Origin: Podarcis bocagei
Taxonomy: Eukaryota
Assembly (NCBI GenBank): GCA_964188305.1
Contig: OZ076896.1
Length of the DNA: 64,000 nt
Direction: 5' to 3' (one strand)
The notes beneath the pieces were generated by a model. That model did no database searches. It worked only from the letters and a program-made list of their open reading frames with translations, and was not told the DNA's origin. Made by a program: the position numbers and the translations under genes. Positions 1 to 13,050 of the stretch are shown in pieces (within the stretch, counting starts at the first letter, position 1; the number at the start of each line of letters is the position of its first letter).

Positions 1-724
1 CTAGGAATAAGCTCCATTGATCCTAGTGGGACCTGCTTCTGAGTAGACATGAATAGGATTGCACTGTTAATTAACTAACTAGATAACATTGTGTCCTACA
101 TTTATATCCATCATTACCGAAAGTTCAGATCCAGCAAAAGAAGCTGCGTGTCCTTGGAGCCCAAGCTAGTGTTAATATTCACTCTTAGGAAAAGGGATAT
201 AGACACTGGGAATATGCAGAATACCACAGAGATTATAGTCCTGTGAAATATTAAATCAGAACAGAGTTTCATATGCTGCTTTTCAAAGCTCTCTCAAGAG
301 AGAAGGGGCAATTTGCATGTATAGGTCTGATTTTGTTCTCTCTCTCTCTTCAAAATGCACTGTGAAGATTCAGAATATGTATTAAATGGAGTGAAAAGGA
401 GAAATATTTGTTCTTAACTTGCTTTTAAGCATCTGTCCTTTTTCTGAACTTCAGTGTCAAGCTGAAAGGAAGTAACTTAAACCAATGTTTCTCTGTCCCA
501 TTTATGTTCTTTAGCCATAACTTCAAAGGGTTTGCTTTCAAGCTGCCTAAGGTTGAAGTGATCTGCTTAATGTCATGGTAATGTTGCGTTCTAAGGGCAA
601 CCTTTACTGCTTTAGCTTCACAAGCTGGTACCTCTTTAGTACCTCTTCAAAATGGCACCCAGCTTGGCCTTTCCTTTTCATGCAACCAGTTTGCGGTCAG
701 GAGCTGCTGCAGTGTAGTCAGGAC

Positions 725-1110
725 CGACTCCATATTTATGTTTCTGAGCATAATTCAAAGTGTTGGTGCTGGCCTTTAAAGCCCTAAATGGCCTTGGAGT
801 GTCTCCTCCCCCATCATCCAGGCCAGACCCTGAAATCCATCTCCGAGGTCCTCCTGGCGGTTCCCTCGCTGCGAGAAGTGAAGCTACAGGGAACCAGGCA
901 GAGGGCCTTCTAGGCAGTGGTGTCCTCCCTGTGGAATGCCCTCCCACCAGATGTCAAGGAGATGAGTAACAATAAAACCTTTAGAAGACCTCTGAAGGTA
1001 GCCCTGCATAGGGAAGCTTATTAATGTTTAGTGTTTTTTTTTTTTTTTTTGTATATGCTGGAAGCTGCCCAGAGTGGCTGGGGAAACCCAGTCAGATGGG
1101 CAGGGTACAG

Positions 1111-1166
<56 letters not shown>
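725..1166 (+). mobile_element. L2 LINE 3' fragment with (TTG)n tail
   Basis: FKVLVLAFKALNGLG-type ORF2 end; 3'UTR shared with the copies at 6541 and 11289. Confidence 0.85.
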
Positions 1167-2729
1167 AGGGGGCTCATGCAGGGGGCTCATCAGGTCCCAT
1201 TCTCACCTCTCCCATCTTCTTCAGTGATCAAGCCAGCATTCATAAAAGCAGCAGTGATGATGGTAGCTGTGGCTTGCAGGCCAACACCATATCTGATGCT
1301 CTGCATAGCAACATTATATATTTCTAATGTGTTGTACTCTGTCTGTTTTTATCAGAAGTGGAGGGCATACTTGGTTTTCCTAATGTGAGTTCATAACTTC
1401 CAACATTTCCATCTTCATATTGACTGAAGCATCCTGCTTACTTCTCTGCTTATATCCAGCAAGCCTTCCTCTCTCGTCTTCTTGCCAGTTACACTTTTTG
1501 ACTTTCCTGTTATACTCAGGGAGACCTGGCAAGCCAGTTTGATCTGGTCCAATAGAACCAATCTACTTTCATTTTTACACTCATTTTTCACACAAAAAGT
1601 CAGTAAGACAAGTTTAAAATTATTAGATTAAAAAAATGTAAAATAGTCAATATTTTTATGTAGTTATTTACCAAGCTAAACTAAATTATATCCATTTAAC
1701 CAAAGTACCACCCAAAAAAAAAAGCACTGGTTGGATGAAAATGGAGTCGCCTCCAAATGTGAAAAGGGAAATACATATGTTGAAATATGAGTTATTGAGC
1801 ACCATTCTTGAATAGTCACAAATAATACTGTCATTCAGCTAATTTTTGAATTTTCGCTTGGGAATCAGTTGAAGCTGAAAGGCAAAGGGGTTAATAAAAA
1901 TCCCTGCTTGCTCTGGATTTCCAGACTCTCCCATCTGCAGGAATTCCAGATTTCCTAAAGGCCAAGTGCCAATTGAACTGCCAAAGATCACATAAACAAC
2001 ACAGCCCTTACAAATCAGATCAAAGCTGTCATATTTTTCCTGCATCAATTCACTGAGTTAAGAGTTCATCCAGTAATATTGACAAAGAGCACTTCATTTG
2101 CTAGGAACGAGCTATTTTTAACTGGGTAAATGTTACCATGCAATAAGGAGTCACATGCATACTTATATTCCAAAATGAGGACTTTAGATGCTTGGAAGCT
2201 ACATTAATGGCTAATGAAGTTTCTTTAATGTAGAAGTTGTATCTAAAGCTAAATTTGTACTGAAGATGTTTAATTTGCAGCCATTACTGGGACTATATTA
2301 ACAATGGAGCATGTCGTTGTGGCTCCTCAGAATTCCTGGCAAAATAGTTTCCTGTTCTCATAACTACAAAGCACAAACCTGAGATGACTGAACTAGTCCC
2401 TTTGAAGCCAGAACTCTGTGCAGCTACTTACACCTCACTCATTCCTATTCTACTTAGCACTGCACTGAATTATCTTGTCTCTTGAAGTTCAAGACAAAAA
2501 AAGAGGAAGGATGGAGGCATTCACTCCCCACAACCCCTGCCTTCTACTCTTTTATGTATTTTTTCATGTCTGTTGTACCCTTTAGTCCTTTAATCTGATG
2601 CTTTGGCAGCTTTTATAAACAAAACAAAACAACAAAACAAAACAAAACACAAACACACAAATTTGAAAGGCTCCTTCAAATATTTCCTCAGCCAATTTGA
2701 GATTATGTAAAGAACATTACAGTACTATA

Positions 2730-2955
2730 CAGTGGTACCTTGGGTTACATACGCTTCAGGTTACAGACTCGGCTAACCCAGAAATAGTGCTTCAGGTTAA
2801 GAACTTTGCTTCAGGATGAGAACAGAAATCGTGCTCCAGCGGCGCGGCAACAGCAGGAGGCCCCATTAGCTAAAGTGTTGCTTCAGGTTAAGAACAGTTT
2901 CAGGTTAAGAACGGACCTCCAGAACGAATTAAATACTTAACCCGAGGTACCACTG
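2730..2955 (+). mobile_element. Tc1/mariner(pogo/Tigger)-like MITE, family A
   Basis: TIR CAGTGGTACCT.GGGTTA, TA at left flank, internal CAGGTTAAGAAC repeats; about 7 copies in window. Confidence 0.88.
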
Positions 2956-3813
2956 TGTTCCCAATCAGATATGGTTATGCGATGTTGTCACTGATAGCAA
3001 AGAAACCTTTTGTGCAACCCTCCTCACTCTGTACAAGGAAGGGAGAAGGAGTATATAATTTTTGCACCTGTTTTTGGAAACCCTGTGTGCTGCTGTCTTT
3101 TTGGCATCTAAAGGGAATGCATCCCGGTTGCCAGGCCAACTGACCAACACACTCTCTCTTTTCAAACTGTGTGGGCTTATTGTCCATCAGTGCTACATGG
3201 CATGACTTTTGTCCCAGCCACGCATACATGATTTGGGCAGATCATGAATGCAGATTGGCATCTGATTGAACATAGCGCACTGTATCTGATGGGAATGAAG
3301 ATCCCACTGAAAATAATGCTGTGTATTTCCACTGTCATCATAGTATACATCCAATATAAAATAATGTGATATATCGGTACAAAAAACATATCTGATCCAC
3401 AACCGAATCTGAACGTTAATTAATATGCTGCATTACTTTCAGTGGGGTGTGCATTAGGCATTGTGGACAGCAATAAATTCCACTGCTTTCAGTGTGATGT
3501 GCAAACTCATCTATATTCTGCTGCAGCCAGTTTGGTACATGTGACTGGATTGGAGTGAAGGATCATTGATCTGATTGCCTTGGCACCAGGAACCCATTTC
3601 TCTCTTCCTTTCCGATTTGCACAACCCTTTACAAAAGGCTACAACATTCAGAAAAAATGGGGGCATATTTTACAGAGGTGGAAACATTTGCCAAATATAT
3701 ATATATATATAATCCCCCCCTCCCATTGTTGCTCAGCACTAATTATTTCCCTGTCTTATATTGATGTGGGAGTCACTTCCTGTCCTAGGCATCCCAGCCA
3801 AGAAAGGTACACA

Positions 3814-3938
3814 CATGGGCGTGGCCAAGGGGGGGCTGAGGGCAGCTCCCCCCCATCAAGTAAAACAGTAGAAATAACTAACTGACCAATCACGGCTGTC
3901 CTGCCCCCCTCCCAACAAAAATCCTGGCTATGCTCATG
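3814..3938. mobile_element. Short hAT-type MITE
   Basis: 8-bp TSD GGTACACA (3806-3813, 3939-3946); imperfect TIR CATGGGCGTGGCCA / CATGAGCATAGCCA. Confidence 0.8.
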
Positions 3939-3978
3939 GGTACACATATGATAGTTTCTTTATTAACAAAAGTATGTA

Positions 3979-4312
3979 CAGTGGTGCCTCGCAGGACGAA
4001 AAGAATCCGTTCTGTGATTCTCTTCGTCTAGCGGTTTTTTCGTCTTGCGAAGCAAGCCCACTGACGGATTAGCGGATTAGTGCTATTAGCGGCTTTTAGC
4101 GGCTTATCGGCTTATCGGATCAGCTGATAAGCAGCTTAGCGGCTTAGAAAAAGGGGGGAAGGAAAAAAAACCCGCAGGAACTTGCAAGACATTTTCGTCT
4201 TGCGAAGCAAGCCCATAGGAGATTCGTTTTGCGAAGCACCTCCAAAACGGAAAACTCTTTCGTCTAGCGAGTTTTCCGTCTTGCGAGGCATTCGTCTTGC
4301 GGGGCACCACTG
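3979..4312 (+). mobile_element. Tc1/mariner-like MITE, family B short form
   Basis: TA TSD; TIR CAGTGGTGCC(T/C)CGCA(G/A)GACG; internal TTAGCGG repeats; arms match the 11999 and 56102 elements. Confidence 0.88.
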
Positions 4313-5052
4313 TACTTACAGCAACTCCCATGGCGCTCCAGATATACACACACAACTTCTAGCCTCTAGGCAGCTGTACCCAGATCTGTGCCCTGCAGAG
4401 GAGCTGCAGCAACAGAGAAACCACACTTCCTCCCGCCAGATTATGTACCCTCATCTGATGAGGTGCACACAGTCAACCTGAGGGTTTCTCCTACACAGAC
4501 GCCTTCGCTGCTCTTCCCTCTTCAGGATAGGAGACAGGGTGGAAGGGGATGGTGGGGAGTCAACTGGCCAATCCCTCACCTCTTCCTCTGCCACTGAGAC
4601 ATCCTTAGTTCTTCCCTCCATCTCAGATGGCTCTCACCCTTCTTCTTCCTCCTCCCTGCCCTGACTCCTGCCATGCAAGTGGTGCCAAACCCCATAAATC
4701 ACTGGTCCCCTCTCCTGGGTCAATCCCCTGGCCCTCTGCCCTTGCCAGTCCCTGACACTGTCCCATGGTACACCAATATATGAATGAAACAATTGGGTAT
4801 TAAAAATCTATGTGATGGTCACCTCGCTGCTTTATTCACATACAGTTGTACAGTTGGAACCACGATGTTTGATGGACATGGAAATGGGGCCTGACTCACT
4901 TGACATCCCTGATCATTGGCCCTTCTGGCTGGGGGCCACCTGGGGGAAGGAAGGAAGCAAGTAGTTTGTATCTGGTAGACTCCAAAGTACTTGCTGTCTC
5001 ATCCTCTCCATTTCAAGCCACTTCTTGAAAGGCTGCCAGAGGTTGCCCACAA

Positions 5053-5283
5053 CAGTGGCACCTCGGGTTACAAACACCTTAGGTTACAAACACTTTGGGT
5101 TGCAGACTCCGCTAACCTGGAAGTAGTACCTCAGGTTAAGAACTTTACCTCAGGATGAGAGCAGAAATGACAGAGCGGCAGCAGGAGGCCCTATTAGCTA
5201 AAGTGGCACCTCAGGTTAAGAATGGTTTCAGGTTAAGAACTGACCTCCGGAACGAATTAAGTTCGTAACCAGAGGTACCACTG
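5053..5283 (+). mobile_element. MITE family A
   Basis: Same TIR and interior as 2730. Confidence 0.85.
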
Positions 5284-6540
5284 TACTTGAATTCCAAGTC
5301 ACACTCCACAATTTGCTTTGAATGTCTATTGCAACAAGAAAGGCATTATCCCGTGCTCATCATCCCTAAAAACAGAGATAGGGAACCCTGTCCCCTTCCT
5401 GATGTTGGGTTACAACTCCCATCACCCGTGATCATTGACCACACTGACTGTTGCATAGTCAGGAGTCTTTGTGAAAGGCTTCACAACAGTCTTTAATGAT
5501 GACAATGATTTATGGCTTTGAGACAAGATCTTTCGCTAGTAACTGCCACTTTCCCACTTCATTAAATACATCTATTTAGTTATTTGGTATTCTTCTATTT
5601 TACACAAATCTGATATCTCTGGTGACTGTTAATGTATCATCCTCATCCTCCTCTAATTTATTACTATGGACCTGTTGTGTTGGGGGTGGAGTACATGGCA
5701 ATCTGTTTATTAAAATCACAGGACTGGTTTAAAGAACACAAAGACACCCTGAAATCAATGTCTTAAGGAATGATTAAGACGGGATATCAACACCAGCAAA
5801 GGCCCAGATATGACTGACAAGGCTAGTTTGCACATGCCATTTTGTGCTCGCAGGTGATCTGTTCTGCTGTGTGTAGCATGTTTTCCGGTTTGTAATCACA
5901 GCTTTTCAATGCCTGCTGCTGTATTTACACATTTCATTGTGTAGTGTCCCCCCTGGGCTCTTCCCCAGCCTCCAGTATGACTTCATTGACAATAATGGAA
6001 CTAGCTAAACATTCTGTGCCTTTTCCCCACAGGGTAATTTGAGTGTTAGCAAAGAATGATTTCTCAGAATAGCTTTTGGAGACTTTGAAGGCAACCTGCT
6101 TTTGTGTTGCATGTGTGTATTTGTTTTTTGACACAAAAGAATTACTCTTGCAATGACTGACTAGAAAAATATTTCACATTTGCCTCTCTGCAGCTGCAGG
6201 AGGTAGGAAGTCAATTGTAGAATTGTACATTTTCATGAATCTTTTCAGGGAGCCAAGTGCATTTATCATCAACAAGCAATGTGGCTATCAAATGTTAATA
6301 GGAAAGAATAGAGTGGGGTCACGAAGGTTGGGTGCCATGCCCACTCTCTGCAATATTCCCGGGGGTTCCATGCACTCACTCAGGGTCTGTGTTCCTTTGG
6401 AGAATTGAGACACAGCAGAGACTGTCACAGCTTTAGGAAATATGGTTTATTTACCTATTTACACCTTCAGTCTGCATGAGGGAGTCCAGGTCTTACAGCA
6501 CGGTCATTTCAAGAGGGGCTTGTCCCCCACAGCAGTGCAG

Positions 6541-7091
6541 CTGCTCTGGTTATCTCCCGCTTGGACTATTGCAATGCACTCTACGTGGGGCTACCTTTGA
6601 AGGTGACCTGGAAACTGCAACTAATCCAGAATGCGGCAGCTAGACTGGTGACTGGGAGCGGCCGCCGAGACCATATAACACCAGTCTTGAAAGACCTACA
6701 TTGGCTCCTAGTACATTTCTGGGCACAATTCAAAGTGTTTGTGCTGACCTTTAAAGCCCTAAACAGCCTCGGCCCAGTATACCTGAAAGAGCGTCTCCAC
6801 CCCCATCGTTCTGCCTGGACACTGAGGTCCAGCGCCGAGGGCCTTCTGGCGGTTCCCTCTCTGCGAGGAGTGAGGTTGCAGGGAACCAGGCAGAGGGCCT
6901 TCTCGTCCGCCCTGTGGAACGGCCTCCCATCAGATGTCAAAGAAATAAACAACTATCTGACTTTTAGAAGACATCTGAAGGCAGCCCTGTTTAGGGAAGC
7001 TTTTATTATTTGATGAACCATTGTATTTTAATATTTTGCTGGAAGACGCCCAGAGTGGCTGGGGAACCCAGAGTGGGTGGGGTATAAATAA

Positions 7092-7147
<56 letters not shown>
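6541..7147 (+). mobile_element. L2 LINE 3' end (ORF2 C-terminus, 3'UTR, (TTA)n tail)
   Basis: LVISRLDYCNALYVGLP..LQLIQNAAARLVTG..HITPVLKDLHWL, typical L2-clade RT C-terminus. Confidence 0.92.
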
Positions 7148-7360
7148 CTCTCTCTGCCAGCCATTAGCCAGCCTACCCAAGATGGATCCCAACTTTTTTC
7201 TCCATTCTTCTTCCCAGAACACCTTGCTCAGAACTTTCTTTTCTTGTCACTTCAAACACACAATGTATCACCTTGGCAACATCTGTCTCCCCAGGCCAAA
7301 GGATTCCTCGCAGATGGCCCATCAACCCCTTTTGTCATGTTGACAGATTTGCTCTTCACT

Positions 7361-7696
7361 CAGCCTCGTGGGCTTGCTGCTCAGAAGGTCGGTGGTTCAA
7401 ATCCCCACAAAGGGGTGAGCTCCTGTTGCTCAGCCCCAGCTCCTGTCAACCTAGTAGTTCAAAAGCATGCCAAAAAGTGCAAGTAGACTAACAGGTACCA
7501 CTATGGCGGGAAGGAGTGCTCTGGTTTCGGTGTTCTGCTGCCCCAGAAGCGGCTTTGTCATTCTGGCCACATGACCCGGAAAAACTGTCTGTGGACAAAC
7601 GCCAACTCCCTCGGCCTGTGGAGCAAGATGAGCGCCGCAACCCCAGAGTTGTCTGCGACTGGACTTAACTGTCAGGGGTCCTTTACCTTTACCTTT
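7361..7696 (+). mobile_element. Sauria (Squam1) SINE, 5'-truncated
   Basis: Matches full copies; ends GGGGTCCTTTACCTTTACC. Confidence 0.88.
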
Positions 7697-9437
7697 TTAG
7701 GTCAGCGAAGCTGGTTTGCGTAAGGCAGCCCAGGGATTCCTTGTCTGGCACATTTCTGCAGCTTGTACTTTCATCCATATCCCAATTAATCAAAATCTAC
7801 AATTTATTAATTTCTAGGGTTTGGGGGGGGGTCCCCTCCCAAATCTATAACACCGGGCATCAAACAACCCATGTTGTTTGTATCTCTCTCTGTTCCTGTC
7901 AATGTCCTCATGATGACTATGGTTTAAACCAGGGATGAGCAGCCTGATTTCAACCGGGAGGAGGAAGCCTGGAAGGAGAGAAGAAATATGGGAGGAGCTG
8001 AAAGGAAACACTGGGAGGAGGAAGGAGGAAACCCATCTGCAAGTGATGGCTTCAGACCTCTGGCAAAAATGACCTGCCCGTCCCCTGGCAGCCCACTGTG
8101 CGGAGAAGGAGGGATAGAGAAAAGGGCTGGCAGTGGGGTGGCTCTGAACTAGCCCAGTTTCAGCCCTTCCCACCAGTCGCAGGTGATCCATCCTGAGATT
8201 ACAGACCTTTATTGTAAAAAAAGGTTTCCTGCTTTTGTTTTAGATTAGATAAACTACTCTAGCACTGAATGCGATGTAGGGAGAGAATTCCTGCAAGGAA
8301 GAATCTGTCCGAGAAGCTATGATTAAATGATATATTAAATACTGGATATGCCCATTGAAAGTTCAGTGTGACCAACAGATGGAAGCAGGAAACTGATGCT
8401 TTAATATAAATTAAATTGTCCATAGGAATGGAAGAGTCTTGGACCGAAGCCGCCATTAAGATACTGAGTTTTGCTGATTAGCTCATCTGCTTTATCTATG
8501 TGAACATTATGCTATAAAAATATTCTTTTATGATAGTATCTTAAGGGCACATGGATGGGGGGGATGTTGAATATATTTACATTATTTAAAGTAGATTGCT
8601 ACTATGCGGTCTATGCACTTGCAGAAGTTTAATTCGATAGGAGTTTTGCAGAAGTTCCTAATAGATTATGCCCAGTGCACAAATATTCTCACGTCAAGTG
8701 CCTGTTGCTCTAGAACTTATAAGAAGCTCAGTTTTAACTTGCCTATAGCCTTCTAGTGCTTAATAGTTTTTTTGCTTGACTACACCATAGTAATTTCTTT
8801 AAAATGCAGGCTTAACTGCTATGGTTAGCTGCTTAGGCTGGGCAAATTAAATTAAGCCTCTGGCATATGATTTAAGCTTTGTTTCAGCTAATTGAGCATC
8901 TAATGGGTGAGGATGAATATGAGCTATACAGAGAAATATTGTTTTTCAAAGTTTTTCCGATTAACAACCATTCAGATGAGTTAACAGGAGCATTTAAGCA
9001 GACACTTGCGCAAGCAAGTTTAAAATGAATCGTTGAGCCTTGCAGAATACTGTCATTGTATGAAGTGTACTCTGAGATATTCTCCCTGTCTCACTTCCCC
9101 TTTTCATTCCTCTGTTTTATACGTTAGTAGTGAATAGCCTGTTGGTTTTTATTGGCCATAAGCATGGTCAAACTTTCTTCCTAACCTCACTTCTCTTGCT
9201 GCAATTGGCCGATCTGTTGTGATGTCACAGAAGCTTTTGTTGTTCTTGGATGTTTAGACAGCTGCCTTACCCTAGACTTGCAAGAGCTGTAGTGACATCA
9301 ATGGAGCTGATGCAGCTCATGGTACTTTTGTTATCTGCCATTGGTCAGCTGCTGTGACCACATAGAGGACATTGCAAGCCTGTTTAGGGCAACAGGTAAT
9401 GCTACTAGGGCCGTGTGAGGAAAGGGAAGAAACTTTA

Positions 9438-9895
9438 CCGTATAGTTAAAGCTATGGTTTTCCCAGTAGTGATGTATGGAAGTGAGAGCTGGAACATAAA
9501 GAAGATGATCGCTGAAGAATTGATGCTTTTGAATTATGGTGCTGGAGGAGACTCTAGAGAGTCCCATGGATTGCAAGAAGATCAAACCTTGCCATTCTTA
9601 AGGAAATCAGCCCTGAGTGCTCACTTGAAGGACAGATCATGAAGCTGAGGCTCCAATACTTTGGCCACCACATGAGAAGAGAAGACTCCCTGGAAAAGAC
9701 CCTGATGCTGGGAAATATTGAGGGCACAAGGAGAAGGGGATGACAGAGGACGAGATGGTTGGATAGTGTTTTCGAAGCTACCAGCATGAGTTTGACTAAA
9801 CTGCGGAAGGCAGTGGAGGACAGAAGTGCCTGGCGTGCTCTGGTCCATGGGGTCACGAAGAGTCGCACGTGACTAAACGACTAAACAACAACAAC
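9438..9895 (+). mobile_element. BovB (RTE) LINE 3' fragment
   Basis: IVKAMVFPVVMYGSESW, GACCCTGATGCTGGGAAA, and (CAA)n tail. Confidence 0.92.
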
Positions 9896-9899
9896 AGCA

Positions 9900-10141
9900 C
9901 AGTGGTACCTCGGGTTACATACGCTTCAGGTTACATACGCTTCAGGTTACAGACTCCGCTAACCCAGAAATATTACCTCAGGTTAAGAACTTTGCTTCAG
10001 GATGAGAACAGAAATCGTGCAGCGGCGGCGCAGCAGCAGCAGGAGGCCCCATTAGCTAAAGTGGTGCTTCAAGTTAAGAACCGTTTCAGGTTAAGTACGG
10101 AGCTCTGGAACAAATTAAGTACTTAACCCGAGGTACCACTG
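9900..10141 (+). mobile_element. MITE family A, abutting the BovB tail
   Basis: TIRs CAGTGGTACCTCGGGTTA. Confidence 0.88.
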
Positions 10142-11288
10142 TAGACTAAAGTGTCAAGACAGAAACAAATATACAATAGGAAAAGCAGAGAAAAAGATGT
10201 AGGGTGAAAGGGGTTGGATTTTAGGACAAAGTTGGTCTGGAATAAGGAAAGAACTGAAAGAAACTTAAGTCACACAACCACACCAGCCACACTATGCAAA
10301 GAGCAGAAAAAATAACTCAAACAATTTCTGGTGTGTTCCATTTGCATCCTTTCTGCATCTCTTGAAAGAAAAAACATCCTCAGTTGGTGCAAATAAAAGG
10401 AGTACTCTGGTAAAGTCATTCCCAGATGGAAATTTAGAACTGTCTGTCACAGACTCACATCCCATTCCTGTGTCTCCCTTTCCTCTCCCTGATATTTTCC
10501 AGTCATGGACAGCTTGGGGAAAGTTTCACAACTGTGTCAAATGGGCCAGAGAAACAGCATGAGTTTTCTAAGGCTCAGAAGCTGTTCTGAAACTTTAGGA
10601 CTTGCCTGCTCTGGACCTAGGTCATTACAAGTCCAAATATGTTGAAAGCAGGTCACTTTGACTTGAACCTACTTCATCCAAAATCAAATGCACAGTCCTA
10701 ATTGTTATAAGAATTCTAAGGTCCCAAATATAAAATAAACGTTCATAAATGTACAAGGCAAACACATATATAAGTATATAAACCAAGCGTCTGAAATACT
10801 ACAGGAGAGCAATCCTGAAGCCATTTTGACTCTCCCAAATCATTTTGACTCTCCCAAATTGACCTCAAATATTTCTCTGCAAGGAGGGAGGAAATGGGAA
10901 AATCTCTCCATTGTCTTTTGCTTACCTGTCTTAAGGGTGTATTTATGTAGGAATAGGGTGAGCCTGTGACCTGGTTTCAAGAACTAAAAGTGTTTACCAT
11001 CACAAAAGAGTGGCCAGGCTGCGCAGGCAAAGCAACCAGTGACCATTAACAGATATCCTGGCAAACCGGATTTCTTCTGTAGACTGCCTCCTGTGATATA
11101 TTTCTGCTGTAGACCCACCTCCTTCTGTGATGTATGTATGATGTTTTGGGGGGTGGTCTTGAGCTACAGGGTGGGCAGTTTCAAAAGTCTATGTAAGGAC
11201 TTTCACACCATTGTTCTGGGTCCCTCCTCCCTCCCACGTGTGGTGAGTGAGGACCCTGTTGCAATAGTTTAATAAAGTCCATGCTTAC

Positions 11289-11611
11289 CTGTATACCTGA
11301 AGGAGCGTCTCCACCCCCATCGTTTAGCCCGTACACTGAGATCCAGTGCTGAGGGCCTTCTGGCGGTTCCCTCATTGCGAGAAGTGAGGTTACAGGGAAC
11401 CAGGCAGAGGGCCTTCTCGGTAGTGGCGCCCACCCTGTGGAACACCCTCCCTTCAGATGTGAAGGAAATAAGCAGCTATCCTATCTTTAAAAGACATGTG
11501 AAGGCAGCCCTGTTTAGGGAAGTTTTTAATATTTAATGCTGAATTGTTTTTGTTTTTAACACTCGATTGGGAGCCGCCCAGAGTGGCTGGGGAAACTCAG
11601 GGTATAAATAA

Positions 11612-11660
<49 letters not shown>
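11289..11660 (+). mobile_element. L2 LINE 3' fragment with (TTA)n tail
   Basis: Closely matches 6775-7147. Confidence 0.88.
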
Positions 11661-11661
<1 letters not shown>

Positions 11662-11998
11662 ATTCTCTGTTTGGCCTCTGTTATTTTCTCCTACCAATAG
11701 GGAGCCCACTTAAGGACTCTATACAGGCTCTTGAATACCCCATAAGGGAAAAGGAGCAGTTTTTTCTTATAACATAATTTAAAAGGATTTCTAGCCCATT
11801 AGCCCTGCACACATTGGCCCATCAGTTAATGACCCTGATGCTAGAACCAACATGCTATAACAGAGAGGAAAAATACTAAGTTCCATTTTAAAACAGCAAA
11901 AGATGTCATCTACATTTTGAAAAAATAATCTAACCAACCCTCCTCCTGAATTTGGAAACTATCGCTAAGATACAGTGGTACCTCTAGTTACATACTTA

Positions 11999-13050
11999 CA
12001 GTGGTGCCTCGCAAGACGAAATTAATTCGTTCCGCAAGTCTCTTCGTCTTGCGAGTTTTTCGTCTTGCGATGCACGGTTTCCCATAGGAATGCATTGAAA
12101 ATCAATTAATGCGTTCCTAGGGAAACCGCCTTCAGACCAGGTCCGGGGACAGTCTGTCCCCGGACCTCTTCTGAAGGCTGGGGGGGGGGGGACAAGGGCT
12201 TTTCTTCCCACCCCCAGCATTTTTAAAAACCCTGGGACAGCGGAGGACTTCTCCGCTGTCCGGGCGATCTTAAAATGCTGGCGGGCGGCATTTTAAAATC
12301 GCGCGGACAGCGGAGGACTTCTCTGCTGTCCGGGGCGATTTAAAAGCCCCTGGGAAGGCAGGCAGGGGGGACAAAGACTTTCGCCCCCCGCCCGCCTTCA
12401 GAAGGTGTTCCCTCCCCCCCCCGCCCCGCTTCGGAGCAGCGTTCCGAAGCGGGGCGGCTGGGGCAGGTGTTCCCTCCCCCCCCCGCCCCGCTTCGGAGCA
12501 GCGTTCCGAAGCCGGGCGGTGGGGGCAGGTGTTCCCTCCCCCCCGCCCCGCTTCGGAGCAGCGTTCCGAAGCGGGGCGGCTGGGGCAGGTGTTCCCTCCC
12601 CCCCGCCCCGCTTCGGAGCAGCGTTCCGAAGCCGGGCGGTGGGGGCAGGTGTTCCCTCCCCCCCGCCCCGCTTCGGAGCAGCGTTCCGAAGCGGGGCGGC
12701 TGGGGCAGGTGTTCCCTCCCCCCCGCCCCGCTTCGGAGGAGCGTTCCGAAGCCGGGCGGTGGGGGCAGGTGGGGAGAAGCGATCTCCCCGCAGCCCCTTG
12801 CTTCAAAAGAGGTCCGGGGGCAGCGGGAAGCGTTTCCCGCTGTCCCCGGACCTGGGGCTGCGGGGAGAAGATCGCTTCTCCCCGCCGCCCCTTGCTTCAA
12901 AAGAGAAGACCCGCTGTCCCTGGGGCAAGCTTCGTTTTGCGAAGCAAGCCCATTCGGAAATTCGTCTTGCGAGGCAACTCGAAAACGAAAAAACCTTTCG
13001 TTTTGCGAGTTTTTCGTCTCGCGAGGCGTTCGTCTTGCGGGGTACCACTG
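11999..13050 (+). mobile_element. MITE family B long form (1052 bp) with GC-rich minisatellite
   Basis: TA TSD (11997-98, 13051-52); TIR CAGTGGT(G/A)CC(T/C)CGCAAGACG. Confidence 0.92.
12404..12770. repeat. 60-62 bp GC-rich hairpin minisatellite, 6 units
   Basis: Units start at 12404, 12466, 12528, 12588, 12648 and 12708; two variants alternate. Confidence 0.95.

Larger units (their letters stand above)
3756..4757 (-). mobile_element. Degenerate solo-LTR-like element hosting two MITEs
   Basis: Minus strand begins TGTCAGGGA as in the 33403 element; CTGTC at both flanks (3751-3755, 4758-4762); minus-strand AATAAA near 3960. The left terminus is degenerate. Confidence 0.45.

Noticed and set aside
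1024-1388. Poly-Leu/Val/Ile/Asn ORFs (also 7028, 11544, 38126)
   Set aside because: Translations of L2-tail trinucleotide microsatellites
6561-7013. Host gene ORF of 150 aa (also 23204-23548, 9415-9642)
   Set aside because: 5'-truncated L2, CR1 and BovB ORF2 remnants, not independent genes
12404-12770. CRISPR-like array of palindromic repeats
   Set aside because: No unique spacers, no cas genes, eukaryotic context, and bounded by transposon TIRs
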